A DNA stretch of 64,000 nt, taken from the NCBI GenBank assembly GCA_964016885.1, contig OZ024756.1, positions 39,618,001-39,682,000 on the forward strand. The letters are read 5' to 3'. The stretch comes from Eledone cirrhosa. Taxonomy: Eukaryota. Numbering within the stretch: position 1 is the stretch's first letter; each line of letters starts with the position of its first letter. Under the pieces are notes generated by a model. It was given only the letters and a program-made list of their open reading frames with translations, did not search any database and was not told where the DNA came from. Shown piece after piece: positions 12,627 to 26,697 of this stretch. The position numbers and the translations under genes are program-made.

Positions 12627-13574
12627 ACCTCATTACACAATGCTTCAAGTGAACTACAACTTCCTCCTAACCAATACAATATATATATAATACTGTTGAC
12701 AGTCCCTGCGGAGACGTATATATCCGTTAGCCGAGTAGAAATGTAGTAGAGTCAAACTCATAACAACATAGTTGCGAATTGGAGTTGCTAACCACATCGC
12801 CATGCCATGATTCCAGAAACAACTCTTCTCATGCTGCCAAGAAAATCATGAAAATGTACACATGTGATCGATATGTAAATGTGGATCTATTTAACAAGTA
12901 ATTAACTACGTTCTTTCTATCAGCCATTAATTATTTAGTTCACATTTCTCCTCTATTGCTTCAAAAGGAATTCATTACAAGAAACATCATCTTTTAATAC
13001 TGAATAAATTTATTAGCCTCGATTTTTTAAACGTGTATTTATCTATCTTCTTATCAATTTCGCACTTAGATTAATACTTTGATACACCATTTCCCGTTAT
13101 ACTGCTGTCTTTTCTATACAGCCCTACTTTTATCACTTTCTATATATTGCCATGTTTACTGACGCATTTCAAATAACAAACATAAAACACTTCATTTACT
13201 CTTGATGGTTTGTTTTTGTGGATTACATTGATTATATAAGTTCTTATTGCGTGTTGGTGGTGGTGGTGGTGGTGGTGGTGGTGGTGCTGGCGATGCTGGA
13301 GCTGGTGCTGGAGGTGGGAGTGGTGTTGTAGGGGGTAGTGGTCGTCTTGGTTATCTTCTACAGTTGTCGAGGTGGAACCGTTTCATAATAATGAAGGAGA
13401 ATTTTAAACAATCAATAAATCTCTAAATTTACTTTATTCTGCAATATTCTTAATAACGAAACGATGTTATCTTGTAGATGAACACAAGCTATGAAATTAC
13501 TATCTGCGTTGTATATATATATATATACACCCACTCACTTACGTCGATCCACAAATATTTGCATACATACATGC

Positions 13575-13740
<166 letters not shown>

Positions 13741-13809
13741 ATGTATATATATATATGTGTGCGTGTGTGTGTGCGTTTTTGTATATATATATTTATATAT
13801 ATACATATT

Positions 13810-13837
<28 letters not shown>

Positions 13838-13841
<4 letters not shown>

Positions 13842-14117
13842 AAGAAAAAAAGATGAAATCGAAAATGCAACTGGAGTCTTATTTTAAAAAATATATATAT
13901 ATTTATTTGGTTCCTTTACCGGTTTCGGAGTTCTTCTGCTTTTCAAAGGGTCTGTGGTTTTTCTCACATCTGAGAAAAACCACAGACCCTACATCTCAAC
14001 TCTACTTTTGAAAAGCAGAAGAACTACGAAACCGGTAAAGGAACCAAATAAATATATATATTTTTTTTTAAATAAGACTCCAGTTGCATTTTCGATTTCA
14101 TCTTTTTTTCTTTATAC
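13838..14117. mobile_element. Fold-back element family E (U3-A8 variant HHR)
   Basis: Arms of about 125 bp centred near 13968. cuu-UUGAAAA-G..C-GAAA-CCGG-UA-aag lies at 14005-14040 and is mirrored at 13913-13950. Confidence 0.75.
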
Positions 14118-14297
14118 TTTCACTCGTGTAGGACACCTCGGTTATTTTTCATTTTGTAAAAAGACCCTCACTTTCTAATATATATATATATATATCGACA
14201 GTCGATCGACTTTCGTCAAATCGGACCGAGGAAACAATGTCTCCATTGGTCTTTCCAATTGCTAATACTATCTATCGGTCGCAACTCCTGGTAGAAG

Positions 14298-14538
<241 letters not shown>

Positions 14539-14638
14539 TGTGTGTGTGTGTGTATAAAGTAAACAGAAGTAACAAAGAAAACGACAGTACAATGAAGAAA
14601 TATATTAGTTTAACGCCTAAAATAATAGGGAAAGAGTG

Positions 14639-14670
14639 TTAACGTTTCAGACACTAGTCCTTCATCAGAA
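14639..14670 (-). ncRNA. Minimal HHR motif (PLE-type)
   Basis: Minus strand: uu-CUGAUGA-aggacuagugucu-GAAA-CG-UU-aa. Stem I is weak. Confidence 0.55.
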
Positions 14671-14813
14671 GGTAGATTGATGAATAAAGGATGAAAGAGA
14701 AAGATAGAGAGTAAGAAGAAGAAAGAACAGAAAAAAAATGATAAAAAAAACATGTGTATTCAGTCAGTCATTTCCTGATATTTTATAAAAAAAACAATTG
14801 CTACCCATGTGTG

Positions 14814-14852
<39 letters not shown>

Positions 14853-14909
14853 ATATAGTATATATATATGTATGTGTGTATATATATCTATATATATATA
14901 TATACACAC

Positions 14910-15100
<191 letters not shown>

Positions 15101-15719
15101 GCCCATTAAACAGTTACAGTTACATACATCAGTGATTCCCATTATTGATTTCTCTACATTCCATGACTCAGGATGTTATTATATTTTGGAGAGAGACAAA
15201 GTCTCTACCAGTCTAGTCAGTCAACTAAAATATATAATAGACAGTACCCTTTTCTTATTTATACTTTAGTTATGACCTGACAGATGTAATAGAAGAGAAT
15301 GGACATTCAATCTATTTTGTCGCAATGCTCATTGTAATGTTCTGGGGAAAACTCCAGTCAATTGAATAAAAAAAAAAACGGAATTAAAATATATATTACG
15401 TAAATTGATTGCATACCGCCGCTGTTTGGTAAATTTACTTAGTCAATAATATACAAAATGGTATCAAATACTATTAGTGACATGACAACTATTTGTAAAT
15501 TCACAAACTTTATTTATTTTCTATAAAATTAAAAAGGCGAGAGTGAAAAGATTAAATTTCTATCTAGTAAACAATATATTGTTCAATATTCAAATATATT
15601 CACATACCTAATAAAAATATGCTACTAAATCTAAATTAGTTTCAACTTTATTTGTCTTGCAGCATTGAAAGCAGCAGTGAAAACAACAGTATAAACGGAT
15701 TGGCTTTTTTTTAGTTGTA

Positions 15720-16197
15720 TATATTTAGTTTACGTTACATAGCTATATATATAGATATAAACATATTTTAGTGATATATATATTGTTTACATTATATAGC
15801 AGTATATAGATATCTTTTAGTGGTATATATATATATAGTTTAGATTATATAGCTATATATAGATATAAACATCTTTTAGTGGTATATATATAGTTTACAT
15901 TATATAGCTATATATATAGATATATATTATCTTTTAATGGTATATATATAGTTTACATTATATAGCAGTATATATATCTTTTAGTGGTATATATATAGAA
16001 TACATTATACAACAATATATACATGTTTTACTGGTATATATATATAGTTTACATTATACAACAATATATACATATTTTACTGGTATATATATAGTTTACA
16101 TTATACAACAATATATACATATTTTACTGGTATATATATAGTTTACATTATACAACAATATATACATATTTTACTGGTATATATATAGTTTACATTT
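15720..16197. repeat. AT-rich minisatellite (about 45-50 bp unit)
   Basis: Repeats of tagtttacattatacaacaatatatacatattttactggtatatata. Confidence 0.85.
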
Positions 16198-16275
16198 ATT
16201 CTTTAGTTTACTTCTTTTATTCGACTTTTTTCTTTCTTTTGGTGTATATTGTCTGGCGCTCTACTGATTCAGCCA

Positions 16276-16805
16276 TAATAATAATTGTTTCTACTTTTGG
16301 CACAAGGCCAGCAATTACCCAGTGCATTACTGGTACTTTATTTTATCGACCCCGTAAGGATGAAAGGCAAAGTTAACCTCGGCGGGATTAGAACTCAGAA
16401 TGGCAAGGGCCGTAACTCTATACGGCAAAGCATGGCGTCCGACCCTCTACCAATACTGCCAATCCACTGCCATAATAATAATTGTTTCTACTTTTGGCAC
16501 AAGGCCAGCAATTACCCAGTGTATTACTGGTACTTTATTTTATCGACCCCGTAAGGATGAAAGGCAAAGTTAACTTCGGTGGGATTTGAACTCAGACCAT
16601 AAAGGGACGTAACTCTATGCTGCAAAGCATGGTGTTTGAAGCTCTACTGATTTGACCAGAATAATAATAATAATTGTTTCTAGTATAGGCACAAACCAGC
16701 AATTTGAAGGGGAGAGGAAATTCGATTAAATCTACCGCAGTGGATTACTGGTACTTTATTTTATCGACCCTGTAAGGATGAAAGAGGGGGAAGGGTCGAT
16801 AAAAT
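16276..16805 (-). mobile_element. Three tandem S1 SINEs (two full, one partial)
   Basis: Copies at about 16276-16470, 16472-16660 and 16661-16790, each beginning with (ATA)n on the plus strand. Confidence 0.85.
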
Positions 16806-17218
16806 GAATAATAACAATAATAAGGATATTAGATAAACAAATTTTATTTCGTTGAATGATAACCATTTTATGTCAGAAACTAGCATAACTAAGTGTCTAA
16901 TAAATATATTATTATAGATCCGATTTTTGTTCTTTTTCGAAAGTTCTGCCATTTTAGCAAAATATTTCGATATTCAGAACACGGTGTCACTCAAGTTTAT
17001 TAAATCTGTCAGATACAACGTAAACTACAAATAATGCAACACCAAAATCAAATATAGAAAAAAAACGAAATGGAGTATATAGTAATTCTAATTTTCCTCA
17101 TTTGTTAATGTCTATGAAATACAATAAAATACATATATCTAGATAAATTAATATCATCTTTCATTCACGTATATTTTGGTAGATATTGGATAATGTAATG
17201 CAACGAATAGAGTATCTT

Positions 17219-17297
17219 ATCAAAACTAGAATTGTAGTATATAAGAATTACAGACGGACGTTGGAAAACAAGACGACGAAATACATAGGAGAAACAC
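17219..17297 (+). pseudogene. Degenerate GIY-YIG endonuclease fragment (Penelope-like)
   Basis: KTRIVVYKNYRRTLENKTTKYIGET shows VVY...YIGET spacing, and an HHR-like motif lies about 100 bp downstream. Confidence 0.55.
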
Positions 17298-17393
17298 CTT
17301 TTTCTCTACTCATTATTTTCGTTATTCGTTTGCTTTTCCTTTGTCCTTCATTTTTCTTCTCTGCCTCATAAAATCAGCCCTTTTTTCTGTTGT

Positions 17394-17432
17394 TTCCTTA
17401 CCGATGAAGAACTAACGTCTGAAACGTAAGGA
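17394..17432 (+). ncRNA. Minimal HHR-like motif (C4 variant)
   Basis: uccuua-CCGAUGA-agaacuaacgucu-GAAA-CG-UA-agga. Confidence 0.5.
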
Positions 17433-17701
17433 TCTTTTAATACTTCTCATAAATACTCTACTTATATGCAGTAATTTTGATGCGTTCTTTGGCGTTTTTC
17501 TTTCATTTTATTACCTATATATTAGAAAAATATATTCAGATGGAAAGCTATATATATATACTTTAACTAGAAGGTGAGGGAGTCTTGTGTAGCTGTTTCA
17601 AAATATAATTTGTTCTAAATAATTGTATAATCTATCTTAAATAAATTATTTGAGTTGTAGATGTTCTGTTTATTGTTTAAGCAATGATCTTGATCAAGTT
17701 C

Positions 17702-17950
17702 GTGAAGGCGCATGGCTTAGTGGTTAGAGCATTGGGCTTGCAATCGAAAGGTTGTGAGTTCAATTCTCAGACCGGGTGATGTGTTGTTTCCTTGAGCAAG
17801 ACACTTTATTTCACGTTGCTCCAGTTTACTCAGCTGTAGAAATGAGATGATAGAACTGGGGTCCCTATCATTAAATCACCCAAGACACCTCAAACGAGAT
17901 ATACCTTGGAAGAGGCCAGCTAAACCTGCATAGGTGTGAGCTGTCACACA
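17702..17950 (+). mobile_element. SINE family S2
   Basis: TGGCTTAGTGG (A-box), GAGTTCAATTC (B-box) and the CCTTGAGCAAGACACTT core. A near-identical copy lies at 54330-54565. Confidence 0.85.
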
Positions 17951-19321
17951 CATGATCAAATTCGATCTCTAAACATGACCATCATGTATATTAAGACAGT
18001 ATTGGACCACATTCTCTAACGTGGACTATTGGAGATATCAATGTTGGATGACATCGCTAGGATTCTTAATAGCATTCCAACCAAGACCATCTCATTTTTC
18101 TCGTGATATGATTTTTTTCTTATGGCTACATAATCCAACGTGTGCTGTTTTAATACGGTATCTTGAGGTTTTTAAGAGATTTGGTTGCTATTTCTAAGAA
18201 GTCCCTTGCTCGTTCGATTCTGTATCAATGTCCTACTATGTAAACTAGAATAATTCTACTCTAGGCTCATAGAAGAGTATAAGATTGTTAATTAATCGTA
18301 AAATTAAAACGCCACAAAGGGAGTTATTAACTTCCAATGATTAAAACCATAAAAATACCCATTCATTTTTAAACACTTAATTGACATAACAGTTTCCTGA
18401 ACGGATTAATCAAGTTATTTTCATTCCATATCAGGAAATTAATCAATTCACCACCAACATAAATCAACATGGAATATAATGACGAACAAAAGTTGTATTT
18501 GCAATTATTTGAAATCTTCGCGATTTCACCTGAGGACTGGTGTTAAAACTAAAAATAATTCGTATATTATCTTTTGTTGTCTTTTACTTGGTTCAGGTTA
18601 TTCAATGACGATTATGCAGGAACATTGCTTTAATATGTTCAATAGACTCTGTCAGCATCACTGTATGTGTTTCAGTCTAGTACTTGTTATAGCTATCCCT
18701 ATTTGTTAAACAGCTATGTAATGGGATATAACGGTCGCGACTTTGATTGACCTGGACTGATCAGAGCGTTGTATCTTTGAATAAGACGTGTTTTCAGGGC
18801 AATCCAATCTACTCAGCTGGAACACATGAGTCGCGATAACGCTGGTGCTTAGTTGTATCAGCATTTACCATTCTCTGGGCAAATATTGGTGTCCTGGAAA
18901 AGAGAAGCTCGTGCTTAAGAGAGACAAACCGATGGTTAGTCAGTCATGGGTACTAGCATCATGGCTAGTCATGATAGAAGTGCAGGGAATACTTCCCTTC
19001 AATATTTTTAAACAGAACATTTCAGTACATTTCTGTATTTATTCAGAGGCAGTAACAATTATGTATTTTAGTCCACAGACTAAACATAGAAATCTTTACA
19101 AGAGATGGGATTCTATCAGAAATTACTGTACTTGTTAATATTTCTATCAGAAATATTAACAAGTATTATATATATATAAGCAGAAGGGATATTCAATTTG
19201 TTGGTAATTCAACAAATATAAATGTTTATAACTGATTCTTCTCTTATCCCTACACTATCCAAGGAAAACTTGAACCGTTAAGGTATTTTCCTTGGTTATG
19301 TCAAAATTTATAAAACACACT

Positions 19322-19530
<209 letters not shown>

Positions 19531-20232
19531 CTGTTCATTCTAATAGATTACATATATAACATATTGAGACCGTTATTGAGTTCTGGTTATGAGTAGGATT
19601 AGATTAAAGTTGGTCCCGGGGTTAGGGTTATGGTATGGATTTCTATGTCTGCAAAATAAAAATCTGCTGTCATGTTTATGATGTGTGTCCTTTTATGTAT
19701 TTAAAATAAATAAAATAAATAAATGATGTAACAGACTGCAAAAAGTACTGTGGGTTAATTTAATCTACTAAAAGCCTTTGCATGAGGGTGTCCTTGCCTG
19801 GCCGCACTCCAATTCCTGAACCGAAGCATATCTATTTTATTTCAGCCAGATGTTTGACGCTGTCTAGGATCATGTGAAATGGTGATCAAAAGCTAACTTT
19901 TGCCACAAACAAAATTACACAATGGAAGAATAATTCAATAAAACCAAGAAAATCAATATTGACAGTAAATCTGACATAGTTAATGTGATTCACTTTCAAA
20001 CCAAATGTGTAAATGTGTCGGAACAGCAAATGTTTACGCTGTGGTTTGTATGTGGTTTGTATTCGAGAAATATGGTGTATATTTATACCCGCAATATAAA
20101 ATATATGTTGATGAGCTAAACTCATTTGAATATAAAGTGAAATACGTTACTGGTTACCTTATACATAAACTACAGGTATTTTTATGTGGCTTCGTGGATT
20201 AGAAGAAATAGTAGCAAATCTGACTCTCTTCA

Positions 20233-20421
20233 CAATTGTTTCTACTTTTGGCACAAGGCCAGCAATTATCCCAGTGTATTACTGGTACTTTATTTCATCG
20301 ACCCCGTAAGGATGAAAGGCAAAGTTAACCTCGGCAGGATTTGAACTCAGACCATAAAGGGCCGTAACTCTTTGTTGCTAAGCATGGCATCCGACCTTTT
20401 ACCGATGCTACCAATCCACCA
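20233..20421 (-). mobile_element. SINE family S1
   Basis: Same motifs as 268-458. Confidence 0.85.
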
Positions 20422-20680
20422 TTCTCTTCATAATACAATGCAAACATAGTACCCATTTAAGTAGACTAATTCATGTTTGAGCATGGCATCCTTACAACAG
20501 AAAACTTATGAGACACACATTCGAAACTTAACAGTCAACTTTTTGTAGGAAAATTATATATATACATATATATATGTATATATATGTAGAAGAGATATTT
20601 AATTTGTTGGAAATCCAACAAATACAGATGTTTATAATTGATTCAGAGCACTCGACAGATTTCTGGAGTAAGTATTCAAT

Positions 20681-20902
20681 GATATTAAGTAAATGGAAAC
20701 TATATTTATAAAACCATATTTATTTTATTATATATATTTCAAGGGTACCAAAGATTTTGGTACGCTATCATCAGATAAAATACAATTTATAAAACATTTT
20801 GTATTTTATCTGATGATAGCGTACCAAAATGTTTGGTACCCTTGAAATATATATAATAGAATAAATATGGTTTTATAAATATAGTTTCCATTTATTTAAT
20901 AT

Positions 20903-20907
<5 letters not shown>
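20681..20907. mobile_element. Fold-back element family F (canonical HHR)
   Basis: Arms 20681-20785 and 20799-20903. uuuuau-CUGAUGA-..GUACCAAA..UUUGGUAC..-GAAA-UAUAUA-UA-auagaa lies at 20804-20861. Confidence 0.8.
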
Positions 20908-20943
<36 letters not shown>

Positions 20944-21210
20944 GTATACATGTATATAAATGTATATATATATATAAGAGAGTATTGAAGTTTGCTTGAA
21001 GCATTGTGGAATAATAAGATATATTTTCTTTAGGTCGTTTTGGAAGCCTCAACAATGCAGATGGGTAATTCTCCGGGTAACAAGATCCGGTGGTGGAGAG
21101 AGAGATGTAAGTGAATGTAGAATGAGATGTATAGTGTGTAGAAGAATGTATGTATATATATAAATATATACATACATGCATACATACATACATACATACA
21201 TACATACATA

Positions 21211-21622
21211 CATGGTGGCTGCCAACTCGTTTTCGAGTACGGCCACTACTTTATATCCATGTAGGAGAACCCCTACCGATGCGCTGAACGAGTGTGACTT
21301 TTTAGTCCAGCCAGCGACTTGAAAACTCTGGTACAAACACTACACTTGTGACAATTACTGACACATAGTGCTGGGCCCATGGTACCATGTGACGACAAGT
21401 GCAGAGAGATCTCCAGATATAAAGCAATGCCTGTGCCGTGAAGCTTTTATAGTGAGCAAAGGCACTGCACAAAGCCAGTCCCACTCTCTTAACCAAGATG
21501 ATATTTACCAAAAAGAAGAACAAGTCAACATCATTGGATACCATCAGGGTTGCAGGTGTTATATCAGAGTTTTCCTTCTCCTAGAATTCTGCCTTGACAA
21601 AGGCTAAGGGGTCATCTCTCCC
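21211..21622 (-). mobile_element. Non-autonomous RTE derivative, copy 2 (5'-truncated)
   Basis: Near-identical to 9413-9823, with (TACA)n on both sides. Confidence 0.85.
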
Positions 21623-21707
21623 ATACATACATACATACATACATACATACATACATACATACATACATACATACATACATACATACATACATACATACAT
21701 ACATACA

Positions 21708-22070
21708 TAAGTTAGTAACTGCCTCAATACAAATCTTGAGAAGCTGGGCTTCACAGGAACAGAAAGAACACAACTAGTTAGGAAACTACAAGTACAATCC
21801 ATTAATGGAACAGTAAAAATATGTAAAACATTCCAAAAATTTTGCATCTAATAACTGCATATACACATGTGATACAAAGCATATACACATGCACACATAC
21901 AACTCAAAACATCCACATCCACACATACAATAACATCCATATCTACACATGCATGCATACATACATATCTACCTAGTTGATGTTGTGTAAATTCTGAGAG
22001 TCTTGTGTCTATGTTAGAAACCGATTCTCTCTCTATTGGTAAAACTTTGTGAAATTATAAAACCAGAAGA
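21708..22070 (+). mobile_element. R4-like (RLE) LINE 3' fragment in (TACA)n
   Basis: [44 protein letters not shown], then a UTR and acatacatac. Confidence 0.7.
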
Positions 22071-22512
22071 ACATACATACACGCATACATACATATACAT
22101 ATATACATATATATATGTGTGTACGTGTCTATGTGTGTCTGTATGTGTCTATGTGTGTTTGTATGTGTCTATGTGTGTCTGTATGTGTCTATGTATGTGT
22201 ATGTGTCTGTGTATGTGTTATGAATGTGTATGTGTCTATATGTGTGTATATGTCTATGTGTGTGTATGTGTGTATCTATGTCTATGTGTGTATGTATCTA
22301 TGTCTATGTGTGTATCTATGTCTATGTGTGTATGTATCTATGTCTATGTGTGTGTATATATCTATGTCTATGTGTATGTAGTCAGCCATTCCAATGGTGA
22401 TATGTGATCTCTACAAAATCGAATATTTCTCTAACAAATCTTTCTCTTCTCCACTTGACAAAATCTTAGCTAACTTCCTTCTCTTAAAACTCGCTTAGAT
22501 TTTTTTCACAAA

Positions 22513-23053
22513 CGTTGTTGTTGTTGTTGCTGTTGTTGTTGTTGTTGTTGTTGTTGTTTTAGATGATGGTTGTATTGTTTTTGTTGTTGTTGTTGTTGTC
22601 GTTGTTGTTTTAGATGTTGATTGTTTTGTTGTTCTTGTTGTTGTCGTTGTTGTTGCCGTTGTTGTTGTTTTAGATGTTGTTTGTATTGTTGTTGTTGTTG
22701 TCGTCGTTGTTGTTGTTGTTTTGGATGTTGCTTGTAGTGTTGTTGTTGTCGTTGTTGTTGTTATTGTTGCTATTGTTGATGTTGTTGTTGTTTGTAGTGT
22801 TGCTGTTGTTGTTTTGGATGTCTCTTGTATTATTGTTGTCGTCGTTGTTGTTGTTGATGGTGGTGCTGTTACTTTTATAGCTGCTGCTTCTCTTCTTGTT
22901 GTTCTTGTTATTATTGTTGTTGCTGTTATTGTTGTTGCTTCTGTTGTCATTGTTTCTTCAGCAGTTGTTTTTGTTGCTGTTATTACTTCTATTGTTGTTG
23001 TTGTTATAGCTATTTCCATTACCGTTGTTGTTGTAGTATTTCCATTACCGCTC

Positions 23054-23105
<52 letters not shown>

Positions 23106-23237
23106 AGCTGTTTCCATTACTATTGTTGTTGTATTTATTCTTATCTTTCTTATTTCTATTTCGCCGCTCCTCTTGCCAATTATCTTGTTACCACTTGCAG
23201 TTCTCAATGTTTCTACTTCTACTGTTGTTGCTGGTGG

Positions 23238-23279
<42 letters not shown>

Positions 23280-23320
23280 CGATGATGATGATGACGATGA
23301 TGAGTATGATTATGATGATG
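22513..23320. repeat. Degenerate (GTT)n and (GAT)n microsatellites
   Basis: Direct inspection. Confidence 0.85.
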
Positions 23321-24299
23321 GTGTTGTTTTTAATCATTATTTCAGTGTTTATTTCAATGAGAGAATCGATTGTTATTACATGAAAATAGAAAAGCTAAAA
23401 AAAATTAAGTTCAACTTTAATAATATGAACCCTCTAGAAAATCCACTTCGATATATTTGCAAATTTAAGCTTATTTTAATTTGACACACAGCCACGCTCT
23501 TATACTCACTGCGCATATATATATACATACACATATATATATATATATACATACACACAAACACGTGAGTATGCATATGTGTATAACTATATATGTGTGT
23601 GTGTGTGTGTGAGGGTGTGTTGGAGGGGGGCGTATGTATATATTCATTAAAATTGTTGTTGAGTTCTTTTCAATAAGAAATGAGATAGTTCTCGCTGCTT
23701 CTTGCATTTGTGTGTGTATGCGTATTAGTAATCGCCAGCATGTGTATATGTGTCTATGTGTAAGAGTGCACGTGTGCATGCAAGCAAGAGTATATGTATG
23801 TGTATGTGACTCTCTGTGTATGAGTGTATGTGTGTATGCAAGCAAGAGTGTATGTGTGTGTCTATGTGTCTATGTGTCTATATGTGTTTATGTGTGAAAT
23901 ATCAAGACGATACGTGTATGTTTGTGAATCGATGTGTGTTTAAATAACTCCATAAAAACTATCTCTAAGTTAAACCATTTCAATTTAGAGTGAAATAATT
24001 GATATATTAAATAACACTCACAACCAGTAATAGATATCACCAGTGAGTCCAAATAACCAACCATTTTCTAACCTCTCTGGCTGATGTTGCTGTAAAAACA
24101 CAGGTCATTCTCTTCTAATATTTAGTTTAGAAAGATTAATATTTCTGGTATATATTGAAGTATTCAATGATAAAATAATAGACTGACTTCAATATAGAAC
24201 AATAAAAAAAAAACATGTCGGTCACTTTATTAGAAGAATATGTCAATAAATAACTTTAACATAGAAGTAGATATCGCAAATATCAACAGACCAATATTA

Positions 24300-24860
24300 C
24301 AGTTGTGTTATATGGTCTTGACTGTGTTAATTGGACGACAAGGTCACTTCAGAAGCTCTCTACATTCCAGAACCACATCATGAGACTTATGACTGGCAAG
24401 CGGCACAGCGACCATATCTGTATCAGTGAGCTGCTCAACATTACCAAACTTAGACCAATTACATCAATTGTCAAGTCAAGAGTACTCAAACTATGCAGTC
24501 ATATAAAAAGATCAACTCGTGGTGTGAATAGGTTATGCCTGGCAGGAAGGCTGGCTGGCTGGTAAGAGAAGCAGAGGCCAGCAGCCAAAACGATGGCTTG
24601 ATAATGTCAACCTATGGATTGGACTTGATCTTTGCTCTTTAAACTCAGCTGTTGGTGATCGAAAGGTATTATATATGCCTGGAAGGAAGGTTGGCTGGTA
24701 GGAGAAGCAGAGGCCGGCCAGCCAAAACGATGGTTTGACAATGTCAACTTATGGACTGGACTTGATCTTTGCTTTTTGAATCCTGCTGCTGGTGAACGAA
24801 CTTTGTGGAGAGAGATATCACATGTTAATGCGCGGTCTGCAACTGGCAGAGTTTAACGTC
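24300..24860 (+). mobile_element. RTE-clade LINE 3' fragment with internal tandem duplication
   Basis: LYGLDC..W...KLSTFQNHIMR...LKLCSHIKR...RSRGQQPKRWLD. The segment at about 24536-24663 is repeated at about 24676-24800. Confidence 0.75.
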
Positions 24861-25274
24861 ACAAGAAGATATTGTAATCCGTAGGAAAATGACAAAACTT
24901 GGCGTAAGGAAGCCGTTAAAACAGCAAAATGACATCGAAATGGCGTTGGGTAAAAACATTACCTCAAAGGAGAGAAATAAGCGGCTCAGAGTTGACTCGA
25001 AGAATTGATAGGAAGAAAGAAATAAAGAAATAGAATGGGTGAGAAGAGATTACAAACATTCAAATACGCTCATTAGATTTCATTTCAAAACTCGATATTC
25101 GAGTTAATATTGTATATATTGCAATATCAAAACATTCCTCTTCGACTATTTCTATATGATATCGAGATTCGTTTTCGAACATACTAATGTGAAACTGGAA
25201 AATATATATCTATTCTAGCGGTTCGTGATAAATTGTTTCATGAAACTATCGAAAGTCTGTAAGACAGAAGGCTC

Positions 25275-25570
25275 GTTAGGCCGGTGCTTATCCTGGTTTC
25301 ATGGCGTGAAGCGACTGAGAGTACAAGACTTCCCCCTGGACAGGACGCCAGTCCATCGCAGGGTTAAATCCCCACGTGAATCGACTGAGGGTACAAGACT
25401 TCCCCCTGGACAGAACGCCAGTCCATCGCAGGGTTAAATCCCCAGCTATAGCTGGTACTCATTTTCAGCTGAGTATATTGGAGCAACGTGAAATGAAGTG
25501 TTTTGCTCAAGAACATGCAACCGAGCCCAGGAATTATGATCGTAAGTCCAACAATCTTACCACTAAGCCA
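25275..25570 (-). mobile_element. tRNA-headed SINE (S2-related) with internal duplication of about 70 bp
   Basis: gcaacgtgaaatgaagtgttttgctcaag core. The block ctggacaggacgccagtccatcgcagggtta is duplicated (25304-25373 and 25375-25444). Confidence 0.7.
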
Positions 25571-26242
25571 GGAAACTATACTAAATTGTATTGATCATTC
25601 TATCCTTTTATATCTTAAGTAGCTAATAACGTCTACATTCGATAAAGAAATTATACACAAAGAAAATAAGAAAGGTATGGGGCAAGTAGTTCTGTCTGTG
25701 TCGCCAAACACTGTTGCATAATTCTTAAGATATGTTCTTAAGAAATATCAAATCATATTTTATATAATCCTTGTAAAATGGCGACAGTGGAAAAGACTTT
25801 TGATAAAATATACTGTTTACTAGTATTAACTTAAAACGTTCTGAACTGTAATCTATAATTAATATTCCATGAGTACATTTACTGTTACCACTTCTACTTG
25901 AAATTCACGATGTAAAACACAATATTGTAAGATAATAATATGTAAGAATGAAATTTGTTGTCCATTTTCTTTTTGTCAGCAGTTTCAAAGCTATATTTCA
26001 TTCCTGGTAAATTTTAGTAAAAATAACTGACAATTAACGTTTTGTATAAGTAGTTATATGGAACTACAAATACCTGACAGGCTACACACACACATACACA
26101 CACATACACACACGTACACGCACGCACAATTACAGACACACTCACACACAAACGTACATCTATGAATATATGAATACATACATAGATATATACATACATG
26201 GATGCATACACACATATATATCGATATATATGTATGTGTGTG

Positions 26243-26538
<296 letters not shown>

Positions 26539-26556
26539 TATATATATATATATACA

Positions 26557-26697
26557 TAACAAAGAAAGTGTGGTAAGGAACCAGGTGGACCATAACGTAC
26601 CAGAGTACTCAATACTTAGGGAAGCAGAGTGGGTTAGTTCGGATCTAGCTGTAGGAACGGCCGGATTTCGGCCATCGGGGTTCTGACTCTTTTCCTA
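26557..26697. mobile_element. Divergent family A copy
   Basis: tggtaaggaaccaggtggaccataac...tactcaatacttaggg followed by an inverted degenerate HHR half. Confidence 0.65.

Noticed and set aside
17702-17775. tRNA gene
   Set aside because: The A- and B-boxes belong to a SINE head that continues into the SINE body, and there is no proper cloverleaf.
22495-23019. Thr-rich mucin-like ORF
   Set aside because: It lies in a degenerate (GTT)n tract, is open on both strands, and has no domain or splice support. An exon cannot be fully excluded without RNA-seq.
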